Notes under the pieces: model-generated
Databases searched by the model: none
What the model was told of the DNA's origin: nothing
What the model saw: the letters and a program-made list of their open reading frames with translations, nothing else
Translations under genes and position numbers: made by a program
Shown: one piece after another, positions 42,658 through 53,401 of the stretch
Position numbering within the stretch: the first letter of the stretch is position 1
How the letters are laid out: every line of letters begins with the position of its first letter
From: Bdellovibrionales bacterium
GTDB taxonomy: Bacteria; Bdellovibrionota; Bdellovibrionia; Bdellovibrionales; UBA1609
Direction: 5' to 3'
Length of the DNA stretch: 64,000 nucleotides
Assembly (NCBI GenBank): GCA_965261545.1
Contig: CBDHDF010000010.1
Coordinates: 992,001-1,056,000, forward strand

Positions 42658-43727
42658 TCACTCTTGAGCGTCTACTTAAGGCCTGTGTTCAAGGGGGGGC
42701 CTCAGATTTACATCTTGTGGAGGGCTCGGCTCCAGCTCTGCGAGTCAATGGAAGTATTATCAGAGTTAAAACCGAAGAGCTTTTAGGACCTGATATCAAA
42801 AAAATATGCTACTCCGTGCTGACAGACGCCCAAAGAAGCACTTTTGAGAATAAAAAAGAGATTGATTTCAGCTTTGGAATTAAGGGGATTGCTCGGTTTC
42901 GTGTGAATTATTTTTATCAGAAAGGTTGTGTTTCTGCGGTTTTTAGGCGCATTCCCCTTTCGGTGCCAGAGCTTTCTACCCTCGGGCTTCCCAGTGTTAT
43001 TGAAGAAGTCACAAGACTATCAAATGGGCTCGTTTTATTGGCAGGACCTACGGGTAGTGGAAAGACAACCACTTTAGCAGCTTTGATAAATAAAGTTAAC
43101 TCGGAGAGGAGGGGACATATCATTACCATTGAAGACCCCATTGAGTTCATGCATCCACATAAAAAATGCATTGTCAATCAAAGGGAAGTAGGAGTCGACA
43201 CCAACAGTTTTGAAGATGGACTCAAGTATGCCTTGAGACAAGACCCAGACGTTTGTCTTATTGGGGAGATGCGAAGTCTTGAAACCATTGAGGCCGCCTT
43301 GAATCTTGCGGAGACGGGTCACCTTGTATTTGGAACTCTCCACACCATTTCAGCCCCCCAGACAGTCAGCCGTATTGTCTCTGTTTTTCCACCGGGGCAG
43401 CAGGAGCGAATCAGCTCGCAATTAAGTCTCGTGTTACAGGGGGTCGTTAACCAAAGGTTGATTCGAGGAGTTCGTGGGGGGAGGGTCGCCGCTTGTGAGT
43501 ATCTTCGAATGACTCCAGGTATACGAAGTCTCATTCGCGAGAATAAACTCCACCAAATTTATGGACAGATGCAATTGGGTCAGGGCAAAAGTGGAATGAT
43601 GACCTTAAATCAATCCCTCGCTCAGCTTGTCCTTGAGAGAAAAGTAGACCTCCGGCAGGCTTTTCAAACGGCCACCATGCCTGAAGAACTCGATGCTATT
43701 CTTAGAAAGGCAGAGAAAAAGTCATGA
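42654..43727 (+). CDS. pilT: Type IV pilus retraction ATPase PilT
   Basis: ASDLHL, GPTGSGKTTTLAA, TIEDPIEF.H, AETGHLVFGTLHT, IRSLIRENK. Confidence 0.95.
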   Translation: MITLERLLKACVQGGASDLHLVEGSAPALRVNGSIIRVKTEELLGPDIKKICYSVLTDAQRSTFENKKEIDFSFGIKGIARFRVNYFYQKGCVSAVFRRIPLSVPELSTLGLPSVIEEVTRLSNGLVLLAGPTGSGKTTTLAALINKVNSERRGHIITIEDPIEFMHPHKKCIVNQREVGVDTNSFEDGLKYALRQDPDVCLIGEMRSLETIEAALNLAETGHLVFGTLHTISAPQTVSRIVSVFPPGQQERISSQLSLVLQGVVNQRLIRGVRGGRVAACEYLRMTPGIRSLIRENKLHQIYGQMQLGQGKSGMMTLNQSLAQLVLERKVDLRQAFQTATMPEELDAILRKAEKKS

Positions 43728-44956
43728 GTGTTTTTCAGTTTCAGGCCAAAAAAGTCAATGGAGAAGAAGTTGAAGGCGAAGTTCGAGCTGAAAGTGAGGC
43801 TGAAGCTCGCCTGAAGCTGAGAGAGCGCCAACTGGTTTCCATTGAGTTGAGCAATTTAAATAGAGGGGGGGTCTCCAAGGTCAAAAAAAGCATAGGTTTA
43901 GCCCCGAAGGTCAACTCCAAAGATCTTCGATTGTTTACGCGTCAGTTTGAGGCCCTTGTCACTTCGGGAATTCCCGTGGTTATGGGCCTGCAAGAGATGG
44001 CCAGGGGCAGTTCGGTAAATATGAGAAGTGTCGTTGAGGTGGTGGTCGAAAATCTTCAAGCGGGGCACTCCCTGAGCAATTCCATGGCTGTTTTTCCCTC
44101 AGTCTTTAGCAAATTGTATTTGAACCTCATCTCTGCTGGCGAAGAGTCGGGGGCTTTGGGAGTTATTTTAAAGCGCTTGGCGAACTATATTGAAGATGCT
44201 GATCGATTAAAGAGTCAGATGATCCGCGCCCTGTGGTACCCCATTGTGATTTTGATCATAAGTATTTTGGTGCTCAGTGTGCTTTTCATTTTTGTGGTTC
44301 CAAGTTTTATGACAATGTTTACCATGTCGGGAAAATCACTTCCATGGATCACCACGGCCGTGATTGGTACCAGCAAACTGGCGGCCTCCTACTGGTATGT
44401 GGGTATTGCGGGAATGGTGGGAGCCTACGCTCTCATCAAAATGGCTTACAAGTCAGATCAGGGACGCAAGATTTTTGACCATATTATTCTCCGCCTTCCC
44501 CTTTTTGGCCCCATTTTTCACCATGGAGCCCTGGCCAGGTCTTGTCGAGTGTTCTCTGTTCTTTTAGGCTCGAATGTGAGAGTGGTGGATTCTCTGGACA
44601 TGACGGCCCTGGCCTCGGACAATTATGTGATTGAGAAGACTTTTTTAGAGGCCAAAGAGAGGGTCATCAGTGGCCATGGGCTGGCCCAAGCCCTCGCCTT
44701 TGCTCCTGATGTGCCCGACCTTGTGGTGGATATGGTGAAGGTGGGCGAGGAGACAGGGAAACTCGATGACATGTTTGAGCATATCGCTAACTTTTATGAG
44801 GATGAAGTTGAAAACTCTGTGAAAGCTCTGATGAGTCTTATGGAGCCTTTTCTTATCGTTTTTCTCGGTGGGATTGTGGCCGTTGTGATTGTTGCCATGT
44901 ACCTTCCCATTTTTGGGCTTGCCGACAACACTGGGGGAATGGATCTCGGCATTTAG
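43724..44956 (+). CDS. pilC: PilC/GspF platform protein, paralogue 1
   Basis: FTRQ, AGEESG.L, VGEETG.LD.M, AMYLPIF. Confidence 0.92.
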   Translation: MSVFQFQAKKVNGEEVEGEVRAESEAEARLKLRERQLVSIELSNLNRGGVSKVKKSIGLAPKVNSKDLRLFTRQFEALVTSGIPVVMGLQEMARGSSVNMRSVVEVVVENLQAGHSLSNSMAVFPSVFSKLYLNLISAGEESGALGVILKRLANYIEDADRLKSQMIRALWYPIVILIISILVLSVLFIFVVPSFMTMFTMSGKSLPWITTAVIGTSKLAASYWYVGIAGMVGAYALIKMAYKSDQGRKIFDHIILRLPLFGPIFHHGALARSCRVFSVLLGSNVRVVDSLDMTALASDNYVIEKTFLEAKERVISGHGLAQALAFAPDVPDLVVDMVKVGEETGKLDDMFEHIANFYEDEVENSVKALMSLMEPFLIVFLGGIVAVVIVAMYLPIFGLADNTGGMDLGI

Positions 44957-45172
44957 TTTAATGAGGTGGTTTTAGTTTAGCTATCTTGACTGTTTGGGTA
45001 TATCCGACTTTTTAGCTGGAGGACTAGTGACATAGGTGGATTATGGGGGTTAAACTAAAAGAAGAGGGTTTTATATATTTTTATACTTATCTATTATTTA
45101 ATTTAGCTATAATTATTTATTGATATTGGTATTTCATGCTTTCTATCTACGATCTAAAGGATTGTGTTCACT

Positions 45173-46396
45173 ATGGGTGTATTTGTTTTTCAGGCCAAAG
45201 ATACCAGTGGGAAGATTTTAAAAGGTGAGGTCGAGGCCGCCAATGAAGTGGAGGCTCGGGTCAAAGTAAGATCCCAACAACTCATCCCTCTCAAGGTGGT
45301 CCCCAAGCAATCTCTTGCCGGGATGGAAAGCAAGAAAAACTTTTTTTCAGGGGGAGGCATTAAGCCCAAGGAGCTTCAGGTCTTCACTCGACAGTTTTCT
45401 GTTCTTATTGGTGCAGGCGTCCCCATTGTGCAGAGTTTAGATGCTCTCATGGGGCCCGGGCGCTCGCCACGTCTCAATAAAGCCATTGAAGGTGTTTTGT
45501 CGGATGTGGAGAGAGGGCAATCCTTGGCCTCTTCCATGGGGAAATTTCCAGAAATCTTTGATAAAATGTATGTCAATTTGATACTGGCAGGTGAGGAAGG
45601 CGGAGTTCTCGATACGGTTCTCTTGCGCCTTGCCTCATATATCGAAAAGTCTGTTAAACTTAAAAGCAAGATCATGCGTGGACTTTGGTATCCCGGCGCT
45701 ATTGTCTTTGTGGCATGCCTTGTGATTTCAGCGATTCTTATCTTTGTGATCCCCACTTTTGTTGAAATGTTTTCTCAGTTGGGCAAAGAGCTTCCGGCTC
45801 TCACTAGGATGGTTATAAATGTCAGCGGCATGTTTCAAACTTACTGGTATCTCGTTCTTGGAGGTCTCTTCGGGGGACCCATTGCTTTAAGTCGGTATCA
45901 TAAATCCACTGAGGGAAGGAAGGTGGTCGATAAACTTCTTCTCTCCATCCCCATTTTTGGGGTTTTGGTGAGAAAGGGGGCCATTGCCAGATTTTCTCGC
46001 ACATTATCCACACTTCTCGCCGCAGGTGTGAGGTTGATGGAGTCCTTGGAAATTGCCGCCTCAACATCGGGAAATTATCTTATTGAAAATGACTTGATCA
46101 GCTCCAAGGAATCTATCAGTAGAGGGCGAACCATGGCCGAGCCCCTAAGAAAATCAGAGCAAATTCCCGATATGGTGGCTCAGATGATTGAAGTGGGTGA
46201 GCAGACGGGGAATATCGATGTCATGCTAGAAAAAATTGCTGATTTTTACGAAGACGAGGTTGAGGGAACCGCCGAAGCCATCTCCAGTTTGATCGAGCCC
46301 ATATTGATGGTTGTTCTCGGTGGGGTCATTGCTCTTCTCGTTGGAGCTATGTATCTGCCTGTCTTTGACATTGCCTCCGTGGTTGGTGGAGTGTGA
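45173..46396 (+). CDS. pilC: PilC/GspF platform protein, paralogue 2
   Basis: FTRQFSVLIGAGVPIVQSL, AGEEGGVLD, KIADFYEDEV. Confidence 0.93.
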   Translation: MGVFVFQAKDTSGKILKGEVEAANEVEARVKVRSQQLIPLKVVPKQSLAGMESKKNFFSGGGIKPKELQVFTRQFSVLIGAGVPIVQSLDALMGPGRSPRLNKAIEGVLSDVERGQSLASSMGKFPEIFDKMYVNLILAGEEGGVLDTVLLRLASYIEKSVKLKSKIMRGLWYPGAIVFVACLVISAILIFVIPTFVEMFSQLGKELPALTRMVINVSGMFQTYWYLVLGGLFGGPIALSRYHKSTEGRKVVDKLLLSIPIFGVLVRKGAIARFSRTLSTLLAAGVRLMESLEIAASTSGNYLIENDLISSKESISRGRTMAEPLRKSEQIPDMVAQMIEVGEQTGNIDVMLEKIADFYEDEVEGTAEAISSLIEPILMVVLGGVIALLVGAMYLPVFDIASVVGGV

Positions 46397-46430
46397 AATC
46401 AAAAGTACAAATTCCATGGAGGCAGACTTC

Positions 46431-48110
46431 ATGGGAGTGAAAGCCTTACCTTTGTTGGATGATTCTCAAATCTTCTTGGTGAAGAACGTAAGAGTCATCT
46501 TGTTATTTTGTATTTCTATTATCTTTCTCATTTTTCAAGCCAACCAACCTCATTTTATCAATTTTGAAGTCTTTATCCCTGTTTTTACATTGCTGTCGAT
46601 TTCATTTCTAATAAATAGTTTTTTCCTCACCTTGTTTGAGAAAGCTTTTTCTAAGTCTTGGGTTCAGGGGCTTCTTTTTGCCTACGATGCCCTTTGTATA
46701 TTCATTCTGGCTTTTTATACAGGTCAACAAACCTCTATATTTATATTCTTATTCCTCGTTAATATTATTTTATGTGGTGTGATTCATCAAAGAGGTGGTG
46801 CTTTTGTCTTATCTCTTTGGACCTCCATCCTTTTTAGTGCTCTTGTCATATTTAGTGGAGTTGAGGTTCAGGCCAGTGTGGGGGCCTCTGTGGTTGTCAA
46901 TAATTTGTCTTTTTTTGCCGTGGCTCTTCTCAGTGGTATCTTGGGTCACAAGATTCAAAATTTAGATGAAACTGTGAGCCTTAAAGAAAAGCATATTCAA
47001 AGTCTCGCCCATCTCAACGACCTTATTGTTGAGAATATAGGGACGGGGCTTGTCACCATAGATCGGTGGGGGGCGATTCATCACTCCAACCCATTTGTAG
47101 ATAATTTATTTCATGATCATGAACTGCCTGTTCAAAAACTACCTGTTCAGAGCCTCAAAGGCCAAAGTTTATACAATTATTTGCCTCAGCTGAGAGGAGA
47201 GTTCAGGCCCGATGAAAAGACGTCTTTAAGTGCGCTTTCCCCCACCCACCGATTGGAAATGGAGTGGGAGGACAAAGTGCTGGAAATCATTTGGTCCAAC
47301 ACTTATGACCCCATAAGTGAGTTTTATGGCTATACCCTGCTGATCCAGGATTTAACAAAAATAAAGAACTTAGAAAGGGCTGTGAGGCAGCAAGAGAAGC
47401 TCGCCGCAGTGGGGCAACTGGCCGCGGGGATCGCCCATGAAATTCGCAACCCCCTTACCAGTATGAGTGGTAGTATACAGTTGCTGGCGGCTGGGAACTC
47501 GACCCTGACAACTGAGGAGAGAAAGCTCATGGGAATTGTGAGCAAAGAGATGGATCGCCTCAACCATCTGATTTCAGAATTTTTAGAGTATGTGAAACCC
47601 ACAACTCGTGGGAAAAAAGAACCCGTGAATATCAATCTTATTCTGTCTGAAGTTTTAGAAATGGTGAAATTTAATAAGGACCTGCCCAAGGATATTCAGC
47701 AGACCATGAAGCTTGAGGCCAAAAATTGGATTCATGGGCACCATGGAAAACTTAAGCAAGCTTTTTTGAATATTATCATCAATGCTTATCAATCCATGTC
47801 GAAAAATGAGAAGGGAATGATTAGTGCCGAGACCTTTGAAGATGGCAACAACCATCTCGTGGTTGAAATTAAAGATACAGGTGAGGGCATAGAAGAAAAA
47901 ACAATTCATCGCATTTTTGAACCATTTCATACGACCAAAGCCAAGGGCACAGGCTTAGGGCTCGCCATGACTTACAAAATTCTAGAGAATCATGGGGCAG
48001 ATATCCAGGTTAAGAGTAAAAAAGACATAGGAACAACATTTCTATTAAGATTTCCACTCTCTCCGACGATAGGACAAGGTGAGGAGAATACAAATGTAAC
48101 AGCTGGCTAG
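46431..48110 (+). CDS. pilS: Sensor histidine kinase PilS
   Basis: Multi-TM N-terminus, PAS-like region, AHEIRNPL, FEPFHTTK..GTGLGL. Start chosen after GGAGG. Confidence 0.85.
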   Translation: MGVKALPLLDDSQIFLVKNVRVILLFCISIIFLIFQANQPHFINFEVFIPVFTLLSISFLINSFFLTLFEKAFSKSWVQGLLFAYDALCIFILAFYTGQQTSIFIFLFLVNIILCGVIHQRGGAFVLSLWTSILFSALVIFSGVEVQASVGASVVVNNLSFFAVALLSGILGHKIQNLDETVSLKEKHIQSLAHLNDLIVENIGTGLVTIDRWGAIHHSNPFVDNLFHDHELPVQKLPVQSLKGQSLYNYLPQLRGEFRPDEKTSLSALSPTHRLEMEWEDKVLEIIWSNTYDPISEFYGYTLLIQDLTKIKNLERAVRQQEKLAAVGQLAAGIAHEIRNPLTSMSGSIQLLAAGNSTLTTEERKLMGIVSKEMDRLNHLISEFLEYVKPTTRGKKEPVNINLILSEVLEMVKFNKDLPKDIQQTMKLEAKNWIHGHHGKLKQAFLNIIINAYQSMSKNEKGMISAETFEDGNNHLVVEIKDTGEGIEEKTIHRIFEPFHTTKAKGTGLGLAMTYKILENHGADIQVKSKKDIGTTFLLRFPLSPTIGQGEENTNVTAG

Positions 48111-48158
48111 CAGTTGGCCCTCCGACCTTAATCATGGTAAAATAGAAAAGGGAAACCT

Positions 48159-49604
48159 ATGAAACCTCGAATCTTAGTGGTTGACGATGAAGCATCCATT
48201 CGTGAGTTCTTGGAAATCATGCTTAAAAAAGATGGCTATGAAGTCACACTGGCAGAAGATGGCCAAAGAGCCCTCGACCTTCTCGAAAAGAAATCATTTG
48301 ATCTCATTATTTCTGATATGCAAATGCCCCATGTGACAGGGATGGAATTGCTGAAAAAGGTGAAAGTAGATCGTCCCGAAGTGCCCCTTATGATGATCAC
48401 AGCTTTTGGGAGCACAGAGACTGCTGTGGAGGCCATGAAACTTGGGGCCTATGACTATATCACCAAACCCTTTGATGTGGACGAAGTACGGATCAATATC
48501 GCCCATGCTCTGAGAAGTCATCAGTTAGAGGTGGAAAACAGGACCTTAAAGAAAGAACTTAATCAAGAATATAGTTTTCAAAACTTAGTGGGCCACTCAG
48601 AGCCCATGCAAAGGATTTTTGATTTGATCAGACGAGTTTCTCAAGCCCCCACCAATATCCTCATCACAGGGGAAAGTGGAACTGGCAAAGAAATGATTGC
48701 CAAGGCCATTCATTACAATGGGCCTGTGGCAAAAAAGCCATTTGTTCCCGTGAATTGTGGAGCGATTCCTGAGTCTCTCATGGAGTCTGAAATGTTTGGT
48801 CATAAGAAAGGATCTTTTACGGGAGCCGTGAGCGATAAAGTCGGTCTTTTTGAAAGTGCTGATGGAGGCACTCTTTTTCTCGATGAGGTGGGTGAATTAC
48901 CCATTTCTATTCAGGCTAAGTTTTTGCGTGCTCTTCAGGAGAGAATGATTCGAAGGGTGGGTTCCGTGGAAGATACACCCATCAATATAAGAATTATCGC
49001 CGCCACCAACTGTGATCTTCACTCCATGGTGGATAGTGGTACATTTAGGCAGGATTTGTACTATCGTTTAAATGTGATTAATATTCAAGCCCCCTCTTTG
49101 CAAGATCGGCCTGAGGATATTCCCTTTTTGGCTCAACACTTTTTAAAGAAATACAATGAGGCTTTGGGAAAAAACATTGGAGGCATTGCCGAAGAAACCA
49201 TGGAACTTCTATCCAGCTACTCTTACCCTGGAAATGTGCGTGAGTTGGAAAATATTATTGAAAGAACAGTGGCTCTTGAGCCTGGAGCGACGATTCTTCC
49301 AGAAAGCCTTCCTCCTCTAGTGGTGACACCACTGGGGAGAAAAATGGCTTCCAGCCATGAAATTGAAGTGACAGATGAAGGGCTCGATCTAGATAAGGTG
49401 ATAGGTCAAATTGAAAAAGAGCTTCTGATAAAGGCCATTCACACCAGTGGTGGGGTAAAGAAGAAGGCCGCTCGACTCCTCAATATTTCTTTCCGATCCA
49501 TGCGTTATCGAGTTAACAAATATAGCCTTGGCTCCGATGATGATGAGTTCGATGGTATGGAGGAAGTTCAAGAAGAAAATCGTCTTAGAAGACCTGCAAG
49601 TTAG
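48159..49604 (+). CDS. pilR: Sigma-54 response regulator PilR
   Basis: Receiver domain, GESGTGKE, GSFTGA, Fis-type HTH; follows pilS. Confidence 0.9.
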   Translation: MKPRILVVDDEASIREFLEIMLKKDGYEVTLAEDGQRALDLLEKKSFDLIISDMQMPHVTGMELLKKVKVDRPEVPLMMITAFGSTETAVEAMKLGAYDYITKPFDVDEVRINIAHALRSHQLEVENRTLKKELNQEYSFQNLVGHSEPMQRIFDLIRRVSQAPTNILITGESGTGKEMIAKAIHYNGPVAKKPFVPVNCGAIPESLMESEMFGHKKGSFTGAVSDKVGLFESADGGTLFLDEVGELPISIQAKFLRALQERMIRRVGSVEDTPINIRIIAATNCDLHSMVDSGTFRQDLYYRLNVINIQAPSLQDRPEDIPFLAQHFLKKYNEALGKNIGGIAEETMELLSSYSYPGNVRELENIIERTVALEPGATILPESLPPLVVTPLGRKMASSHEIEVTDEGLDLDKVIGQIEKELLIKAIHTSGGVKKKAARLLNISFRSMRYRVNKYSLGSDDDEFDGMEEVQEENRLRRPAS

Positions 49605-49720
49605 AAGATGGAGCCTATAACAACTTACTTCCCCAAGGAAGGAAGGGCTCAACCTCAGCAAGGGATCAACCCCAGCGCTTAACACGGATTTAGCTTTCAG
49701 TTTTCCGTTTTGAACTCGGG

Positions 49721-51385
49721 CTAACCTGAGTTTGAACAACTCCCGCCACCGAGAACACAAAATTTTGCACAATGGTGGTGGTTGAGTTTGATCTTTTTCC
49801 ACGACTCTCTCAAGGATGTTCCCATTTCAAATGCCTGATCATAGGGGAGAAGAGTGCAGGCCACCACAGAGGGGTGTTGCCCCTTTCTCTTTACCACCAT
49901 GCGAGATGTTGCGCACATCATGTCCTGGGGTTGAACCTTGAGAATATCCCAACATTTTGTGGTGATTTCTGGAACTTCTACTGTCTCATCCATCTCTGGA
50001 AAGAGGACGAGCCTTTGAGGGTTAAAAGCATCGATATCGATATTGTTCTCATGAAACATTTTTTGGTAACCCTTGCGCATACTTTCTATGGATTCACCCC
50101 AGAGGGTGCGCCCACCCACAGTGGGCTGAAAACCAGATTTTGAAAGCCACTGGAGTCCTTGGATGGTGGGCTCCCAAGATCTCATGCCCCTTTCGAGGGT
50201 ATGTTTTTCTTTTTTATAGTGATCAATAGAGACACGTATTTTCAGGGAGGAACCATAGGTTTGGCAAAGCCCTAAGAGTTCTTCTGATTTTTTCATCATC
50301 GGCTTCATTCCATTGGTTAAGACCAAAACTTGGAATCCCCTAGAAAGACTAAGTTTTAAGGTGTCGATGATGTGGGGATTCATAAAGGGTTCTCCACCAG
50401 TGAAACCAATTTCTTGAGTTCCCATTTTTTCTTGATGTATTTCATCAAGAAAGACTTGCACCTCTTCGGTGGTTATATAGGAAAGGCGATCATTTTTAGG
50501 ACTCGACTCAATATAACAGTGATGACAAGTTAAGTTACATAGCGTTCCGGTGTTAAACCAAAGGGTTTGAAGTTGAGTGGGGGCGACCCACGCACGAGCT
50601 TCACCTTTGGCAGTCACGTCGGAATGGCTAAACTTCTGAGATGGATTTATTTCTAACATTTTGGCTCCTTTTGGTTCTTTCTGTTTAGGTGGCTCTTTTG
50701 GTTCTTGGGAGTCTTGTGATGGCAAAAAGACTTGAAATTGTGGGTCTATGCTGGCCAATTGTTGGAGCTCTTTGAGGGTGTCCACATCAAAAAGTTGGGA
50801 GAGAAATGTAAGTTCACCTATGCCTTGAAGAGAGTGGGCTAAGGCTTTTGCCGTGCTTGGTTGGCTGTAGGCTGTGGATAGCCATAGAGACTCTGAAATA
50901 TGCTTCTTTCCACCAAAAAGATAAAAACCACCATCGTTTGCGGGGCCCATGACAAAGTCAAAGTTTAAAAGTTCTTTGTGAGCCTGAATATAGTGCTGAG
51001 TGCGCAGCTGAGGTGAGTCAGCGCCTATCATCAAAACAAAATCATAGCTTTGTATTAAAAAACTGTAAATGTGGTGAAGCCTTGCTCCGAGCCCTCCCCG
51101 TGTTTGTAGGAGAGTGGGAAAGCCTTCCCATATTGGGTTGCAAAGCCCCTCTTTCTCAGTAACAGCCCAGTGGGGAAAAAAGATGTTTGAGTCGAGAAGA
51201 GAGAGTTGTTCTTCAATGCATTTCAGGCTAGCCCTATAAAAGGAGTGGGCTTTGTCTGTTCCAATGCTTTTAGCAAGACGTGTTTTGAGGGGAGTGAGTC
51301 CCGGCGTTTTTACAAAAATCGCAATGGCACAGCTCTTAATAGAAACAGGACCTTGAAGAGGTTTTTTTTTAACAATTTCTGTCAA
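49721..51385 (-). CDS. Fusion of DUF2064/TIGR04282-like glycosyltransferase domain and radical SAM domain
   Basis: IFVKTPG...KTRLA, IGADSP, GPANDGGFYL, DVDT, then CNLTCHHC and FTGGEPF. Internal AAGGAG + ATG at 50659. Confidence 0.8.
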   Translation of the reverse strand: MTEIVKKKPLQGPVSIKSCAIAIFVKTPGLTPLKTRLAKSIGTDKAHSFYRASLKCIEEQLSLLDSNIFFPHWAVTEKEGLCNPIWEGFPTLLQTRGGLGARLHHIYSFLIQSYDFVLMIGADSPQLRTQHYIQAHKELLNFDFVMGPANDGGFYLFGGKKHISESLWLSTAYSQPSTAKALAHSLQGIGELTFLSQLFDVDTLKELQQLASIDPQFQVFLPSQDSQEPKEPPKQKEPKGAKMLEINPSQKFSHSDVTAKGEARAWVAPTQLQTLWFNTGTLCNLTCHHCYIESSPKNDRLSYITTEEVQVFLDEIHQEKMGTQEIGFTGGEPFMNPHIIDTLKLSLSRGFQVLVLTNGMKPMMKKSEELLGLCQTYGSSLKIRVSIDHYKKEKHTLERGMRSWEPTIQGLQWLSKSGFQPTVGGRTLWGESIESMRKGYQKMFHENNIDIDAFNPQRLVLFPEMDETVEVPEITTKCWDILKVQPQDMMCATSRMVVKRKGQHPSVVACTLLPYDQAFEMGTSLRESWKKIKLNHHHCAKFCVLGGGSCSNSG

Positions 51386-51492
51386 TATTTCACTTTCATG
51401 GGGGTGATTCTATCGATGTAAGTGTTGCATATGCCTATTTGTAAGGTGAGGATGACATAATAAAGGAAGTGTGCCAAGGCAAAAAAAATAGG

Positions 51493-52503
51493 CTATAGCG
51501 TCTTTTTGATAAAGCGAGACACTCTAGTCGTATAGCCCTTGGGAATTCGAATTTTGTGTTGATTAACAAACTTTGGGACAAAGCCCTTAGTCAATTCGGG
51601 ATTCAAACTAAACAAGCGGTTTTGATGAATGCCGAGAAAACTAGCAAGGTTGACCAGATCTGTACCTCCTGGTACATGAAAAAAATCATAGCGATGGGGA
51701 GACATAGGTTGGACCTTCTTCAAGCCATAGAGCTTTGGAGCTTTTGCAATAACCATAGCCGCAATAATTTTTGGGATATACTCCCTTGTTTCTCGGGGAA
51801 AGTCGCTTTTTTCAGCCAGTCTCCAAAAATTATCGGTTCCATGTTTTTTAATAAGCCTCTTGAGGCGGCCCTCTCCCATATTATAGGCTGATGCTGTTAG
51901 GTGCCAAGAGCCAAACATTTTATACAAATCTCCAAGATAAGAAGCAGCTGCCGCTGTGCTTTTTGAAAAATCTCTTCTTTCATCCAGCCACCAATTCACC
52001 TGGAGCCCATATCGGTGGGCTGTTGGTTTTATAAACTGCCAATACCCCACAGCTTGAGCATGACTTGTGGCCCTCGGTGAGAATCCGCTTTCAATCATGG
52101 CAATATAGAATAAGTCTTGAGGGAGCCCTTTGTTTGTGAGTGCTTCTTGCATCAATTTTCTATACCTAAAGGACCTTGAAATATACTTTGTCATATGGGC
52201 TTTTCCTTTTGTTTGAAAGTACTTCACCCACTTTTGCACTTTTTTGTTATAGGTAATGGGAATATCAAAATGAAGAGTTCTTCGAGGCGCTCTCCATTTT
52301 TTAGAGTTGGCGTGAAGAGCCCCCTGGTGGGATTGAAAGTTATGGCGAATCTTTGCGATGTTGGGCGACTGCGGCTGTGTATCTGCCCACGTATCCATAG
52401 AATTCATAGAAATGCCAAGCCACAAAATAAGAAAGCCAACACGAAAGCGAACACGAAAGCGAAATAAGAAATAGATCATTTGAAAAAACATGTGATAGAA
52501 CAT
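51493..52503 (-). CDS. MltD-like lytic transglycosylase
   Basis: AMIESGF, AVGYWQFI..TA..YGL, DERRD, AYNMGE, ETREYIPK. Confidence 0.9.
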   Translation of the reverse strand: MFYHMFFQMIYFLFRFRVRFRVGFLILWLGISMNSMDTWADTQPQSPNIAKIRHNFQSHQGALHANSKKWRAPRRTLHFDIPITYNKKVQKWVKYFQTKGKAHMTKYISRSFRYRKLMQEALTNKGLPQDLFYIAMIESGFSPRATSHAQAVGYWQFIKPTAHRYGLQVNWWLDERRDFSKSTAAAASYLGDLYKMFGSWHLTASAYNMGEGRLKRLIKKHGTDNFWRLAEKSDFPRETREYIPKIIAAMVIAKAPKLYGLKKVQPMSPHRYDFFHVPGGTDLVNLASFLGIHQNRLFSLNPELTKGFVPKFVNQHKIRIPKGYTTRVSRFIKKTL

Positions 52504-52657
52504 GAGGTTATTATAGAACTGAGTGAGAAGATCTTCAAATAAATGAGTGAGTATTTTGTCATAAGATATAAGGCTTAAGACAGAATTTTCTATTCATTCT
52601 CGTCAAATTTATGACACGACTTGACCTTTACAATGGCTTTTTAAGGTCATACCATAG

Positions 52658-53401
52658 GTGAGGGAGGAGTTTGGTAGGATGAACCTTTTGCAAAACATAT
52701 TATCCCCCCTCGCCCCTTGGCAAACACAAAGCCAGCAACTTAGAAGAGTTTGTCTCATGAATTCCCAAACTATTTACAAAAAAGCTCTTCAAGAGGCAAA
52801 CAACTCTCGCATCGAATTTGAAAATGCCATGTACCAAATCATCACAGAGCCTAGTCAACCCCATAGATTAAAGTCCAAGTCCTCAATACTCAATTTAGAC
52901 AAGCGAATTCAAATGGTTTCCCAAAGCCTAAAAAGTACAAAAGTGACAGGAGCCGCTCTTGATATTGAGGTGTGGGGATGCGGCTTCTTATCCTTACAAA
53001 TGAATGGGCAAGTCGTCTACACAAGAGGGGGATCTTTTAAGCAAGGCTCCAATGGACGCATTGAAAACCTCCGGGGCCACATACTTCTACCTGAAATTTT
53101 CATTCCCACACAAGCTTATGGTATCCACATTACATCCAGTGGTTTGGTCAGTTATCTTGACTCAAAAAACGGATGCCCCCAAGAAGCTGGCTGTATAAAA
53201 TTAGCCCTTTTTGCCAACTCCGCAGGTCTAAAGAGTATAGGTTCTCATTTGTACGTCCCCACCACAAAAAGTGGTCCCCCAGAGTTGGGAATTCCCCAAA
53301 TAGGGCTCTTTGGAAGCCTTCAGCAGGGACGGCTGAGAAACTATGCCTATCTTCATGACATGCTTGAGAACTTGAGCCTTATCAAATCTTGGTTATGGTA
53401 G
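52658..53401 (+). CDS. Divergent FlgG-like flagellar rod protein, possibly degenerate
   Basis: TG.ALDI...G.GF, YTRGGSF, I.LA.FAN.AGL..IG..LY..T..SG, G.LQQG.L. Conserved N- and C-terminal rod helices not recognisable. Confidence 0.65.
   Translation: MREEFGRMNLLQNILSPLAPWQTQSQQLRRVCLMNSQTIYKKALQEANNSRIEFENAMYQIITEPSQPHRLKSKSSILNLDKRIQMVSQSLKSTKVTGAALDIEVWGCGFLSLQMNGQVVYTRGGSFKQGSNGRIENLRGHILLPEIFIPTQAYGIHITSSGLVSYLDSKNGCPQEAGCIKLALFANSAGLKSIGSHLYVPTTKSGPPELGIPQIGLFGSLQQGRLRNYAYLHDMLENLSLIKSWLW

Noticed and set aside
51460..51480. Sigma-54 promoter for the DUF2064-radical SAM gene
   Set aside because: TGGCAC is present on the minus strand but the -12 GC is missing.
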